Source of the DNA: a bacterium
GTDB lineage: Bacteria > Patescibacteriota > Minisyncoccia > UBA6257 > 2-01-FULL-56-20
DNA length: 61,361 nt
Assembly: GCA_021780195.1 (NCBI GenBank)
Contig: JAJXZE010000013.1
Coordinates: 1 to 61,361, forward strand
Direction of reading: 5' to 3'
The notes beneath the pieces are model-generated. The model saw only the letters and a program-made list of their open reading frames with translations, did no database searches and was not told where the DNA came from. Position 1 is the first letter of the stretch. Every line of letters starts with the position of its first letter. A program made the position numbers and the translations under genes. This document shows positions 1 to 10,696 of this stretch, piece by piece.

Positions 1-1071
1 GGCATCAAGGTGATCGACGCCCTGATCCCGATCGGGCGCGGACAGCGCGAACTCATCATCGGCGACCGGCAGACCGGGAAAACCGCCGTGGCGCTCGATG
101 CCATCCTGAACCAGATGAACGACAAGGGGCGTCGCACCCCTATCTGCATTTACGTCGCGGTCGGCCAAAAGGAATCAAAGATCGTGAAGATCGCGGAGAC
201 GCTCAAGAAGTACGACGCCATGAAGTACAGCATCATCGTCTCCGCGCCCGCGTCGTCGCCTGCGGCGCTCTGGTATCTCGCGCCGTACGCAGGATGCGCG
301 ATCGGCGAATTTTTCCGCGACAAAGGCGAGGACGCGCTCATCGTCTATGACGACCTTTCGAAGCATGCCTGGGCATACCGCCAGATTTCGCTCCTCCTCC
401 GGCGTCCGCCGGGCCGCGAAGCGTATCCGGGCGACATTTTTTACCTCCATTCGCGGCTCCTCGAGCGCGCGGCGAAGCTTTCGAAGGAAAAAGGCGGCGG
501 GTCGCTGACGGCGCTCCCGATCGTCGAGACCCAGCTCGGCGACGTGACGGCGTATATTCCGACGAACATCATCTCGATCACGGACGGGCAGATCTACCTT
601 GAGTCCGATCTCTTCAACCAGGGGCAACGGCCGGCGCTCAACGTCGGCATCTCCGTGTCGCGCGTGGGTTCCGCGGCGCAGACGAAGGCGATGAAGAAGG
701 TGGCGGGCAAGCTCCGCCTCGAGCATGCGCAGTTCCGCGAGCTCCAGGCGTTCGCGCAGTTCGCGACGGACGTCGACGAAGTGACGCGCGCGCGCATCCT
801 CCAGGGCCAGAAGATCAACGAGGTACTGAAGCAGGACGACCTCGCCCCGCTTCCCGTGGAGGAGCAGGTATGCGTGTTCTACGCGGTGCTCAACGGTTAT
901 TTCGGGGACATTGCCGTGGAGGACGTCAGGAAGACCGAAGCGGCCCTGCTCGACTATCTGCGCCGGCTCCACGAGGAGGACGTCCTCGCGCCCATCCGCG
1001 CGAGCGGCGAATTCGCCGAAGCGACCGAAAAGAAACTCCAGGAGGCCCTGAATGGCTTCCTCGGCAAATAA
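1..1071 (+). CDS. atpA: F1 ATP synthase alpha subunit, 5'-truncated by the window edge
   Basis: Frame 1 is open from nt 1. Walker A GDRQTGKT is present, the alpha-subunit C-terminal region is typical, and atpG-atpD-atpC follow. Confidence 0.95.
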   Translation, partial: GIKVIDALIPIGRGQRELIIGDRQTGKTAVALDAILNQMNDKGRRTPICIYVAVGQKESKIVKIAETLKKYDAMKYSIIVSAPASSPAALWYLAPYAGCAIGEFFRDKGEDALIVYDDLSKHAWAYRQISLLLRRPPGREAYPGDIFYLHSRLLERAAKLSKEKGGGSLTALPIVETQLGDVTAYIPTNIISITDGQIYLESDLFNQGQRPALNVGISVSRVGSAAQTKAMKKVAGKLRLEHAQFRELQAFAQFATDVDEVTRARILQGQKINEVLKQDDLAPLPVEEQVCVFYAVLNGYFGDIAVEDVRKTEAALLDYLRRLHEEDVLAPIRASGEFAEATEKKLQEALNGFLGK

Positions 1072-1072
1072 C

Positions 1073-2011
1073 ATGGAATCCGCACAGAACCTCAAGCGGC
1101 GCATGAAGAGCGTGAAGAACATCGGCCAGATCACGAAGGCGATGGAGCTCGTCGCGGCCACCAAGATGCGGCGCAGTCAGGAGCTCGCCCTCAATTCCCG
1201 GCCGTACGCCTATACGGCGATCGAGATCCTCGCAACGCTTTCAAACCTCGACCGCGTGGCCCTGCCCGAGCTTCTGCGGGGGCGCGAGGTCAGGAAGACC
1301 GCGTTCCTCATGGTGACGTCGGACAAGGGGCTCGCCGGATCCTTCAACAGCTCCGTCATACGGAAATTCGAAAAATACGTGAAGGAAAACACCGTCGATC
1401 TCCGCGATCCGCGGTACGTCTTTATTGCGATCGGGCAGAAATCGAGGTCATATTTCGAGCGCCGCGTGCCCGCGGTCGCGGCCTCGTTCATCAGGGTGGG
1501 AGATTACATGAGACCGGAAGAAGTCGCTCCGATCTCCGACTATCTCATCAAGGGCTACCGCGAGGGGGTGTTCGACGAAGTGGTGCTTTTTTCCACGGTC
1601 TTCGTGACGGCGCTCCGACAGGAGGTTTTCGTCCGCCAGATCCTTCCGGTGAGCTTCGAGAAGATCAGGGAAAGCTTTGCGCTTCTGGTTCCGGAATCGG
1701 GGAAATATTCGCAGTACATCGACACGGCCACCCTCGAGGACGGGCGCGCGCGGGAGTATCTGATCGAGCCTTCGGCCGGGGAGATCCTTGAAGAGCTTGC
1801 GGCCCAGCTTCTCATGACCCGCATCTACCACGCGATCCTCGAGGCGAACGCGTCCGAGCACTCGGCCCGCCGCGTGGCGATGAAGAACGCTTCGGAGAAC
1901 GCCGCCGAGCTTTCGGAAAATCTCACGGTCGAATATAATAAATCGCGCCAGGCGGCCATCACGCGGGAGATCATCGAGGTGACCTCCGGCGCGCAGTCCT
2001 TCGGGCAATAG
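1073..2011 (+). CDS. atpG: F1 ATP synthase gamma subunit
   Basis: N-terminus MESAQNLKRRMKSVKNIGQITKAMELVAATKMRR and C-terminus NKSRQAAITREIIEV match the gamma family. The ATG at 1073 lies 2 nt after the atpA stop. An alternative upstream ATG at 1052 would overlap atpA by 20 nt. Confidence 0.9.
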   Translation: MESAQNLKRRMKSVKNIGQITKAMELVAATKMRRSQELALNSRPYAYTAIEILATLSNLDRVALPELLRGREVRKTAFLMVTSDKGLAGSFNSSVIRKFEKYVKENTVDLRDPRYVFIAIGQKSRSYFERRVPAVAASFIRVGDYMRPEEVAPISDYLIKGYREGVFDEVVLFSTVFVTALRQEVFVRQILPVSFEKIRESFALLVPESGKYSQYIDTATLEDGRAREYLIEPSAGEILEELAAQLLMTRIYHAILEANASEHSARRVAMKNASENAAELSENLTVEYNKSRQAAITREIIEVTSGAQSFGQ

Positions 2012-3651
<1,640 letters not shown>

Positions 3652-3668
3652 TGATAAATACCTTTTCG

Positions 3669-4103
3669 ATGGAAAAGATTTTTCCGTTCGTGTCGCCAAA
3701 GGAGCATTATACCGCCGATGTAACGGTGGTGTGGTGCTTTGATGCGCGCTTTCGTCCGTTGTTCAATGCGTACCTTCAATCGAGAGGGTTTGCAGAGAAC
3801 AGGATCGATGAAATAAAATGCGCGGGCGGTGCGAGAGCTCTTGCGGTCGGAAGTCCCGACCGAGATCCTATCTTGGAGCAGGTGAAAAAGTCTGTCCTGC
3901 TCCACAATCCGCAAACCGTGATCCTGATGGATCATATTGATTGCGGTTATACCGGCGGGTCGAAGGCCTTCGAGGGCCGCGAACACGAGATCGACGATCA
4001 TCGGAGGACGCTCCAGGAAAGTATTAAGACGGTTAGAGAAGCGATCCCCGGGGTAACGATCGAAGCCATTTTCGCGGATTTCGAAGGAGTCCACCTGTTG
4101 TAG
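3669..4103 (+). CDS. Small beta-carbonic-anhydrase-like protein (144 aa)
   Basis: C-x-D-x-R (WCFDAR), K-x-A-G-G (IKCAGGA) and H-x-x-C-G (DHIDCG) occur in the order and approximate spacing of beta-class carbonic anhydrases. The ATG at 3669 is preferred over the ORF-track start at 3567, which overlaps atpC. Confidence 0.45.
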   Translation: MEKIFPFVSPKEHYTADVTVVWCFDARFRPLFNAYLQSRGFAENRIDEIKCAGGARALAVGSPDRDPILEQVKKSVLLHNPQTVILMDHIDCGYTGGSKAFEGREHEIDDHRRTLQESIKTVREAIPGVTIEAIFADFEGVHLL

Positions 4104-4137
4104 TTTTGCTGGGCAGGGGAGGGAAATTGTGTGGTGC

Positions 4138-4172
4138 GAGCTGAGGAGGATTCTCCCAGCTCATTTTTTTAT
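4138..4172 (+). terminator. Rho-independent terminator-like hairpin plus T-run
   Basis: GAGCTGaGGAG-gatt-CTCCcAGCTC is followed by ATTTTTTTAT, directly after the CDS ending at 4103. Confidence 0.6.
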
Positions 4173-4206
4173 CCTTTCTGCCGGCGTGCGGTATAATAGA
4201 ACCCAT

Positions 4207-4911
4207 ATGAAGCTTCCATTCCTCGGTTCGCGGCTTGTCGTCTTTACTGCCCATCCGGATGACGAGGGTCTTGCGGCGGGCACGATGTACGAAAACCACA
4301 GGGCGGGAGGGAAAACGTTTTTGATCTGCGCGACTTCCGGTGAAAAAGGGAAGTCGCATCTTGCGCGTCCGGTCTCGGATGCGGCGCTTGCGCGCATCCG
4401 CCGCGGGGAGCTCCGCGCGGCGGCGAAAGCGCTGAAGATCGACCGCGTCATATTTTTTGGATTTCCCGATGCGGGAGTGCGCGCGAATGCCGCGCGGCTT
4501 TATGCGAAGGCGGTCCCCGTCATCACCCGCCTCAAGCCTGACCGCATCGTAAGCTTCGGTCCCGACGGCGTGAGCGCACATTGGGACCACATCACGGTCG
4601 GGCGCGTGGCGCGCCGCATCGCCAAAAAGCTCAAGACGCCGCTCGCGGCTTTCACCCTCACGCCGGAGGTCATCAGGGTCCGCCGGAATCAGAAAACCAT
4701 GTTTCTCAAACGGCGGAAATTCGGGAAATACGCCGGCATTCCGGAACTTCGCGAAGGGGATATAAAAATAAAGATCAATGCCGCGGTAAAGCGCCGCGCC
4801 ATGCGCCATCACGTTTCGCAGTTCGGTACCAGGCCGCCCTTCGCGGAGCTTCCCAAAACCCTTCGTGATAAAATGATGGGGTACGAATATTTTGTGGAAG
4901 AAAAAATATGA
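4207..4911 (+). CDS. PIG-L/LmbE family N-acetylglucosaminyl deacetylase
   Basis: Carries the AHPDDE motif (VVFTAHPDDEG) and HxDH (SAHWDHI). A TATAAT box at 4192-4197 lies 9 nt before the ATG. Confidence 0.8.
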   Translation: MKLPFLGSRLVVFTAHPDDEGLAAGTMYENHRAGGKTFLICATSGEKGKSHLARPVSDAALARIRRGELRAAAKALKIDRVIFFGFPDAGVRANAARLYAKAVPVITRLKPDRIVSFGPDGVSAHWDHITVGRVARRIAKKLKTPLAAFTLTPEVIRVRRNQKTMFLKRRKFGKYAGIPELREGDIKIKINAAVKRRAMRHHVSQFGTRPPFAELPKTLRDKMMGYEYFVEEKI

Positions 4912-5165
4912 AGGATTTCACGGAAAGAGTCTGCGACGTTGTGGCGCGCATTCCGAAAGGGAGCACGCTTACGTATAAAGAGGTTGCCCGCCGGGCGGGG
5001 AGACCGAACGCGTATCGCGCGGTGGGGAATATCATGCACCGCAATCCGGACACGAAGCGCGTGCCGTGCCATCGCGTGGTGCGCTCGGATGGCGATCCGG
5101 GCGGCTATGCGCGCGGGCGGAGGGCCAAGGTCGCTATCCTAAAGAGCGAAGGCGCCCTGCGGTAA
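4908..5165 (+). CDS. MGMT-family protein (stand-alone O6-alkylguanine-DNA alkyltransferase DNA-binding/active-site domain)
   Basis: The PCHRV active-site motif retains its Cys and a helix-turn-helix lies upstream. The protein is only 85 aa, so the N-terminal domain is absent. ATGA overlap with the preceding gene. Confidence 0.8.
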   Translation: MKDFTERVCDVVARIPKGSTLTYKEVARRAGRPNAYRAVGNIMHRNPDTKRVPCHRVVRSDGDPGGYARGRRAKVAILKSEGALR

Positions 5166-5186
5166 ACGTCTAAGCGCCGCGTCCCC

Positions 5187-5723
5187 ATGCTTGATCGCAT
5201 CGCAAAAATTATCGCCATCGGCCTCGGCGTGATCATTATCGTTCTCCTCGCGGTGCTCATCTTCGTGAATCCGCCGCGTGCGGACCACGGCGGCGCGGCC
5301 GCGGCTCCGGGTGCGGGAAGCGGTGCTGGTGGCGGCGCGGCGCAGGGAGGGCAGGACGGCGCGGGCGCGCCGGTCGCCACGACGCCCGCACTCTCCGCGG
5401 ACAGGCGGCTCGAAGTGGATGCCCCGCGGGCGGGAGCGCTCGTCGTCTCGCCGCTCGTGGTTGCGGGAACCGTGACGGGCGGCGGATGGTTCTTCGAGGC
5501 GTCGTTCCCCGTCAAAGTACTCGACGCGCAGGGGAATATCCTCGGTCAGGGCGTGGCCCGTGCCTCGACGGACTGGATGTCCGCGGGCGCGGTCCCCTGG
5601 AGCGCGAGTATCGCTTTCGAGGCGCCGAACTCGGCCACGGGGACCGTCGTTTTCATGAAAGATAATCCTTCGGGCGCGCCGGAAAACGCCGGCGAATTAC
5701 GGTTGCCGGTGCGGTTCGAATAA
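5187..5723 (+). CDS. Membrane-anchored Gmad2 immunoglobulin-like domain protein
   Basis: N-terminal TM helix, G/A-rich linker, and a C-terminal pattern typical of Gmad2 domains (GGWFFEASFPVKVLD...W...FMKDNPSG). Confidence 0.6.
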   Translation: MLDRIAKIIAIGLGVIIIVLLAVLIFVNPPRADHGGAAAAPGAGSGAGGGAAQGGQDGAGAPVATTPALSADRRLEVDAPRAGALVVSPLVVAGTVTGGGWFFEASFPVKVLDAQGNILGQGVARASTDWMSAGAVPWSASIAFEAPNSATGTVVFMKDNPSGAPENAGELRLPVRFE

Positions 5724-5787
5724 GGGACGGAGCAGAGGAGCGGCGCGGGAGGGCGCCATGCGGAAGCGTATAATAAAAGGAAAGGCC

Positions 5788-5943
5788 ATGAGACACTACA
5801 TCTGCACCGGCGAGTGCGATGGGATATCGGAAAAGCCGGGGGTATGCCAGTCGGCGACCTGCACGAAGCACGGCGAACCGCTCGCGGAGTGCGACTGCCG
5901 CGACGGAAAGCACTATCAGAAGAAGGACGAGAAGAAAAAATAG
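5788..5943 (+). CDS. Small Cys-rich protein (51 aa), putative metal-binding
   Basis: MRHYICTGECDGISEKPGVCQSATCTKHGEPLAECDCRDGKH contains 6 Cys. AAAGGAAAGG lies upstream of the ATG at 5788. A TATAAT box at 5769-5774 falls inside the longer ORF-track version (5758). Confidence 0.5.
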   Translation: MRHYICTGECDGISEKPGVCQSATCTKHGEPLAECDCRDGKHYQKKDEKKK

Positions 5944-5996
5944 GCGCGGATGGTCTGTGCTGGGCGCGCAAACGTCGGTGGGCTTTAGGTCGCGCG

Positions 5997-7229
5997 TTAC
6001 GCCGTCCGATAGCCCATGGCCTCTGCGAGGCGGCCGAGGGCAAGGACGAAGGCCGCGCGCCGGAGATCCGTCGCGAGCGCGGCCGATTTTTGATACACCG
6101 CTTCCGCTTCGCGGTCGAGAAGTTCCTTCAGCTTGGCATTGACCTCCATTTCCGTCCAGTATTCCTTTGCCAGATTCTGCTCCCATTCGAAAGTGGAGAC
6201 AACGACGCCGCCGGCGTTCGCAAGGATGTCGGGGACGACGGGGATCCCCCGCGCGAAAAGCAGTTCGTCGGCCTCGGGCGTCACGGGTCCGTTCGCAAGC
6301 TCCAGGATGAATTTCGCCTTGATGCGCGCGACGTTTTCCCCCGTGATCTGGTTTTCGAGCGCCGCGGGGATAAGGACGTCGACGGGGAGTTCGAGGAGAT
6401 CCGAGTTCGTGACGCTCCGCGCGCCCGGGAAGCCGTCGAGCGAGCCGTGCGTCTTCTTGTAAGCGGCGAGCGCCTTGAGGTCGATGCCTTCGTCCTTCAC
6501 GATGCCGCCCTTCGAGTCGGAAACGGCCGTGATGCGGTGGCCGTGCGCGGCGAATATTTCCGCCGCATTCGCGCCCACGTTGCCGAAGCCCTGAACCGCG
6601 ATCGTGCACGAGGCGGGAAGGGAATAATGCGGACGGAGCCGGTCAAAGACGTAGAATCCGCCGAGGCCGGTTGCCGCGCCGCGCCCTTCGGAGCCGCCGT
6701 GGTCGAGCGGTTTGCCGGTAAAGGTCGCGCCCGTCGCGTCGCCCGAGATCTTGGCGAACTCGTCCGCCATCCACGCCATGATTTCCGGCGTCGTGTTCAT
6801 GTCCGGCGCGGGTACGTCCTTGCGGGGGCCGAGGAGATCCGCCATGCCGCGCACCCAGCCGCGGGAGAGCGCCTCGAGCTCGCGCTTGGAGAGCGTTTTG
6901 GGATCGACGGTCACGCCGCCCTTGCCGCCGCCCATAGGGATGCCCGCGACGGCGCACTTCAGGGTCATCCAGAAAGCGAGGGCCTTCACTTCGTTCACGT
7001 CCGTGTCCTTATGGTAGCGGATGCCGCCCTTGTACGGGCCGCGGGCGTTATTGTGTTCCACGCGATAGCCCTCGAAGATCTCCAGCCGTCCATCGTCCAT
7101 CGCGACGGGGATCGATATGAGCACTTCGCGGTCGGGATGGGCCATGCGGGCGAGGAAGGCCTTGGGGAAAGGGTAGACCTCGGCCGCGCGGGCAAGCTGT
7201 TCCTGCGCGTTTTGAAAGGGGTTGTTCAT
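5997..7229 (-). CDS. gdhA: NAD(P)-specific glutamate dehydrogenase
   Basis: KGGIRYH and the catalytic-Lys motif GGGKGG, with Glu/Leu/Phe/Val dehydrogenase N- and C-terminal domains. Confidence 0.95.
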   Translation of the reverse strand: MNNPFQNAQEQLARAAEVYPFPKAFLARMAHPDREVLISIPVAMDDGRLEIFEGYRVEHNNARGPYKGGIRYHKDTDVNEVKALAFWMTLKCAVAGIPMGGGKGGVTVDPKTLSKRELEALSRGWVRGMADLLGPRKDVPAPDMNTTPEIMAWMADEFAKISGDATGATFTGKPLDHGGSEGRGAATGLGGFYVFDRLRPHYSLPASCTIAVQGFGNVGANAAEIFAAHGHRITAVSDSKGGIVKDEGIDLKALAAYKKTHGSLDGFPGARSVTNSDLLELPVDVLIPAALENQITGENVARIKAKFILELANGPVTPEADELLFARGIPVVPDILANAGGVVVSTFEWEQNLAKEYWTEMEVNAKLKELLDREAEAVYQKSAALATDLRRAAFVLALGRLAEAMGYRTA

Positions 7230-7360
7230 GGGTTCAGTATAGCGCGCCCATGGTCGCCGTCCACGGTGTGATAGTGCATGTGCCAGATACTACGCGCCCG
7301 GGAGCGGAAATATTCCACGCGCCAGCCGCCAAAAACGAAAAGGAGTATAATAAGAGCACT

Positions 7361-8332
7361 ATGATCGTCGACGATATCAAGAATTATCCGAAGCAATTCG
7401 AATATGAGCCGCTCGTCCAGAATGCGGGGAAGTTGAAGAAGACGAAGAAATTCGTCGTAGCCGGGATGGGAGGGTCGCATCTTGCGGCCGATCTTATCAG
7501 GGCGTGGCATCCCGAAACCGACATCATCATCTGGTCCGACTACGGGCTCCCGAAAGTGCCGGAAAAAGAGCTCAAAGAACGCCTCGTGATCGTGAGCTCG
7601 TACTCGGGGGCGACGGAGGAGACGATCGATGCCTTCAACGCGGCCCGCGAGAAGAAGCTTGCCGTCGCGGTCATCGCGGCGCGGGGAAAGCTTCTGAATC
7701 TTGCCGACAAGGCCAAGGTGCCGTACGTGGCGATGCCTGACTGGCACATGCAACCCCGGATGGCGACGGGCCTCGGACTGCTCTCGATGCTCGCCCTTAT
7801 GGGGGAGCGCGCGTGGCTTGCCGAAGCGCGCGTCCTTGCGGGTCAGCTCCATCCTGCGCGGGAGGAACACCGCGGCCGCGAGCTCGCCAAGCGCCTGCAC
7901 GGCATGGTGCCGATCATTTACACTTCCGCGAGGAACGCCGCGATCGGCTATAACTGGAAGATCAAGTTCAACGAAACGGGAAAGGTGCCGGCGTTCGCGA
8001 ACGCGGTGCCGGAACTCGACCACAACGAAATGACGGGGTTCGATTCGAAGGGAAGGACGCCGTCGCTCTCGCATCACTTTCAGTTCATTTTTCTGAAGGA
8101 CGGCGCGGACGACCGGCGCATTATCAAGCGGATGAGCATTCTCGAAAAGCTTTACAAGGACCGCGGATTCAAGGTGGAGGTGGTGTTCCTTCAGGGGAAG
8201 ACGGAGCTCCACAAGATGTTCGGCGCGCTGAACCTTGCCGACTGGGCCGCGTATCATACCGCGCTTCTCTACGGCGTGGATCCTGAGCACGTGCCGATGG
8301 TGGAAGAATTCAAGAAGCTCGTCGGGAGATAG
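7361..8332 (+). CDS. Bifunctional phosphoglucose/phosphomannose isomerase (SIS domain)
   Basis: GMGGSHLAAD SIS motif and a C-terminal PGI/PMI pattern (NWKIKFNE...ELDHNE). A TATAAT box at 7346-7351 lies 9 nt before the ATG. Confidence 0.8.
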   Translation: MIVDDIKNYPKQFEYEPLVQNAGKLKKTKKFVVAGMGGSHLAADLIRAWHPETDIIIWSDYGLPKVPEKELKERLVIVSSYSGATEETIDAFNAAREKKLAVAVIAARGKLLNLADKAKVPYVAMPDWHMQPRMATGLGLLSMLALMGERAWLAEARVLAGQLHPAREEHRGRELAKRLHGMVPIIYTSARNAAIGYNWKIKFNETGKVPAFANAVPELDHNEMTGFDSKGRTPSLSHHFQFIFLKDGADDRRIIKRMSILEKLYKDRGFKVEVVFLQGKTELHKMFGALNLADWAAYHTALLYGVDPEHVPMVEEFKKLVGR

Positions 8333-8338
8333 CCGCGC

Positions 8339-8698
8339 ATGCTCCACTGGACCATGCACGCGCGGGCAAAGATGGGATTTTACCGGCTCTCGCCGTCGCG
8401 CGTGCGGAGCGTGCTTCATTCGCCGTACCGGGTGGAGGAGGGCGTGGCGCCGAAGACGGTCGCCATGATGCAACCGGCGTCGCTCACGAAAGCGCCCGGC
8501 CGCGGCGGGAAAGGCAGGAAGGCCGAATGGAAGCAGGAGATATGGGTGATGATCCAGGATGCCGGCAAGGACCGGAAGGTGATCAGCGCGTGGCGCTATC
8601 CGGGCGTCACAAAGCCGCGCGCGGCGGCGGTGGCGGGCCTGATGCGGAAAGCGTATAATGAATATCTCAATGATACTCACGAGCCCATCATTCAATGA
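8339..8698 (+). CDS. Hypothetical protein (weak resemblance to a DUF4258-type small toxin-like domain)
   Basis: The ORF shows coding-like composition. The N-terminus H-x-x-x-R/K-M...R-x-x-S resembles DUF4258, but only weakly. Confidence 0.35.
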   Translation: MLHWTMHARAKMGFYRLSPSRVRSVLHSPYRVEEGVAPKTVAMMQPASLTKAPGRGGKGRKAEWKQEIWVMIQDAGKDRKVISAWRYPGVTKPRAAAVAGLMRKAYNEYLNDTHEPIIQ

Positions 8699-9128
8699 CG
8701 GCGAAGCGATCCCGCGAAAGTTCACCTGCGAAGGAGGGAACATCAATCCGGAGCTTCTGATCCAGAACGTTCCGCGGGGAGCGAAGAGCCTGGCGCTCAT
8801 CATGCATGACCCGGACGAGCCGCGCGAAGGCGGTTTTACGCACTGGGTGGCGTGGAATATTTCGCCGGAGACCGGCGTAATAAAACAGGAGAGCGTCCCT
8901 CCGGGGAGCCGGGAGGGTCTGCACAGTAAAGGGGGGTCCGGCTATGTGGGACCGTGTCCGCCGCCCGGTCACGGTGCCCATTGTTATGAGTTCCGGCTCT
9001 ACGCGGTCGATGCAACCTTCGATCTTCCGGAAACGACCGGGAGAAAGGAACTCGAGGCGGCGCTTGAGGGACACGTAATGGAACGGGCGCTTCTTACGGG
9101 CATCTACGAACGCCCTGCGGAGGGCTAA
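8670..9128 (+). CDS. YbhB/YbcL family PEBP (Raf-kinase-inhibitor-like) protein
   Basis: Motifs FTCEGGNINPEL, MHDPDEP and GHGAHCYEFRLYA. The ATG at 8670 lies 10 nt after the TATAAT box at 8654-8659. Alternative start at 8658. Confidence 0.85.
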   Translation: MILTSPSFNDGEAIPRKFTCEGGNINPELLIQNVPRGAKSLALIMHDPDEPREGGFTHWVAWNISPETGVIKQESVPPGSREGLHSKGGSGYVGPCPPPGHGAHCYEFRLYAVDATFDLPETTGRKELEAALEGHVMERALLTGIYERPAEG

Positions 9129-9167
9129 GCGGCGCGGACGGGGTACGCCACGCGGCGCATTATTTTT

Positions 9168-9734
9168 ATGGAAACGGAAAAAACCGACGTCGAACTGGTG
9201 CGCGAAGTGCTCGCGGGGAGCGAGACGGCATTCCGGCCGCTTCTCGACCGGCACCTGCAAGGCGTGCATCGTTTTGCATATTCTTATCTGAAGGATCGCG
9301 ATGTCGCCGACGATATCGCCCAGGAGACCTTCGTGCGGGCATGGAAAAATCTCCGGAAGTTCGACCAGGAAAGAAATTTCAGGACGTGGATATTCGCAAT
9401 CGCGAAAAACGCCGCGCTCGATCACCTGAAGAAAAAGCGCGCGATCCGCTTCTCGGAGATCGGGGAGGAAGAAGGCGTGCTTGACGCGTTCCTTGCGCCG
9501 TTCGTCGATGAGGGAGAAACGTCCGAGGAGGCGTATGAACGCGCCGCGGCGATCACGGGTCTTGCGCGCGCGATGGACGAACTCCCGCCGATCTACCGCG
9601 CGGTCCTCGGCATGCGCTCCCGCGACAATCTTAAATTCCGCGAGATCGCCGAGATGCTCGGCGAGCCGGTCGATACCGTGAAGAGCAAGTATCGGCGCGG
9701 CCTTGCCCTGCTGAGGCAGGCGGCTGAAAGATAA
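9168..9734 (+). CDS. ECF (sigma-70 family) RNA polymerase sigma factor
   Basis: Region 2 (DIAQETFVRAW) and region 4 HTH (FREIAEMLGEPVDTVKSKYRRG) are present. Confidence 0.85.
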   Translation: METEKTDVELVREVLAGSETAFRPLLDRHLQGVHRFAYSYLKDRDVADDIAQETFVRAWKNLRKFDQERNFRTWIFAIAKNAALDHLKKKRAIRFSEIGEEEGVLDAFLAPFVDEGETSEEAYERAAAITGLARAMDELPPIYRAVLGMRSRDNLKFREIAEMLGEPVDTVKSKYRRGLALLRQAAER

Positions 9735-9783
9735 CGGATAGCCGGGATGCACCCAACGCGCCCGCCGATTCGTATAGGTAAGC

Positions 9784-10167
9784 ATGGCGGAGCACAACGA
9801 CTTTCTTGCGGATCGGATCATGGCGCAGATCGCGCGCGAAACGCGGCGGCGGCTTGTTATTAAGACGGCGGCGTTCGGCGTCCTGCTTGCGTCGTCGGTC
9901 GCGCTCATGGTTTCCGCCGGCTTTGCGGACGCGTCCGCCGCATACGGCACCGGATTCTTCGCTTTTTTCTCGCTGATTTTCACCGATTTCAGAGCGGTAA
10001 TGGCGGATTTCTCCGATCTTGCGTTCTCCCTCCTCGATTCGTTCCCTGTATTTCCGTCGATCGCGCTTCTCGCGGGTGCATTCTCCGCCGTGTGGTCGGC
10101 GGCCGGCTTTGCTTCTGAGCTTGCGCTCTTCCGCCGTCTCCCGCGCCTTTCGCCCGCCCGCTCATAG
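9784..10167 (+). CDS. Putative membrane anti-sigma factor
   Basis: Immediately downstream of the ECF sigma gene and carries multiple hydrophobic segments. No recognisable catalytic motif. Confidence 0.4.
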   Translation: MAEHNDFLADRIMAQIARETRRRLVIKTAAFGVLLASSVALMVSAGFADASAAYGTGFFAFFSLIFTDFRAVMADFSDLAFSLLDSFPVFPSIALLAGAFSAVWSAAGFASELALFRRLPRLSPARS

Positions 10168-10187
10168 CGATTATTCCATTCCACTTC

Positions 10188-10676
10188 ATGAAGAATCTCA
10201 TTCATTCACCAAAGACAAAAGCGATCCTCTGGATTCTCGGCGGGATCATTGTCCTGCTTGCGGTATTTAGCGTAGGTGCCGCGGTCGGATACCGCCGCGC
10301 GCTTTTCGCGTCGCAGTGGGGGAGGAATTATTATGCGAATTTTGCAGGACGCCGTTCCGGATTTATGGGGCTCTGGGGAGGCATGGGCGGCCCCGGCCCC
10401 GCCATGCACGGCACGGTGGGCGAAGTAATCTCCGTTTCGAGCTCTTCGATTGCAGTGAAGGATCCGCAGGGTGCGGAGCAGTCGGTCGCGATCACCCCCC
10501 GCACTGAGGTGCGAAGCGGCGATGCCGTCGTCGCGCCGGCTGACATAAAGACCGGTTCATGGGTGGTCGTGATCGGCGGACCCGGCCCCGCGGGACAGGT
10601 TGAGGCGCGCTTTATCCGGATGTTCGGGTCGTCGTCATCTCTTCCTGTGTTTCCCCCGCCGCCTCCCGCGCATTAA
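10188..10676 (+). CDS. Membrane-anchored protein with a C-terminal DUF5666-like beta domain
   Basis: N-terminal TM helix. C-terminal pattern GTVGEVISVSSSSIAVKD...TGSWVVVIG...VEARFIRM. Paralogous to 14549-14971 and to the C-terminus of 18370-19164. Confidence 0.5.
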   Translation: MKNLIHSPKTKAILWILGGIIVLLAVFSVGAAVGYRRALFASQWGRNYYANFAGRRSGFMGLWGGMGGPGPAMHGTVGEVISVSSSSIAVKDPQGAEQSVAITPRTEVRSGDAVVAPADIKTGSWVVVIGGPGPAGQVEARFIRMFGSSSSLPVFPPPPPAH

Positions 10677-10696
10677 TAAAATAAATTTTACATAAA

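Noticed and set aside
1052-1072. atpG start at 1052, overlapping atpA by 20 nt
   Set aside because: The ATG at 1073 gives the canonical gamma N-terminus (MESAQNLKRRMKSVKN...) and sits 2 nt after the atpA stop. The upstream start is possible but less likely.
5270-5400. GC-rich repetitive-looking DNA here, and also at 12470-12510 and 40200-40480
   Set aside because: These stretches encode Gly/Ala/Pro-rich low-complexity linkers of membrane-anchored proteins. They are not independent repeat elements.
5653-7271. Long ORFs 5653-6609(-) and 5814-7271(+) overlapping gdhA
   Set aside because: gdhA (5997-7229, minus) is unambiguous. The alternatives are Arg/Pro-rich, out-of-frame or antisense shadow ORFs.
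7226-10205. 525-aa (7226-8803) and 505-aa (8688-10205) minus-strand ORFs
   Set aside because: They are antisense to the PGI/PMI, PEBP and ECF sigma genes, which carry clear motifs. They are compositional artefacts.
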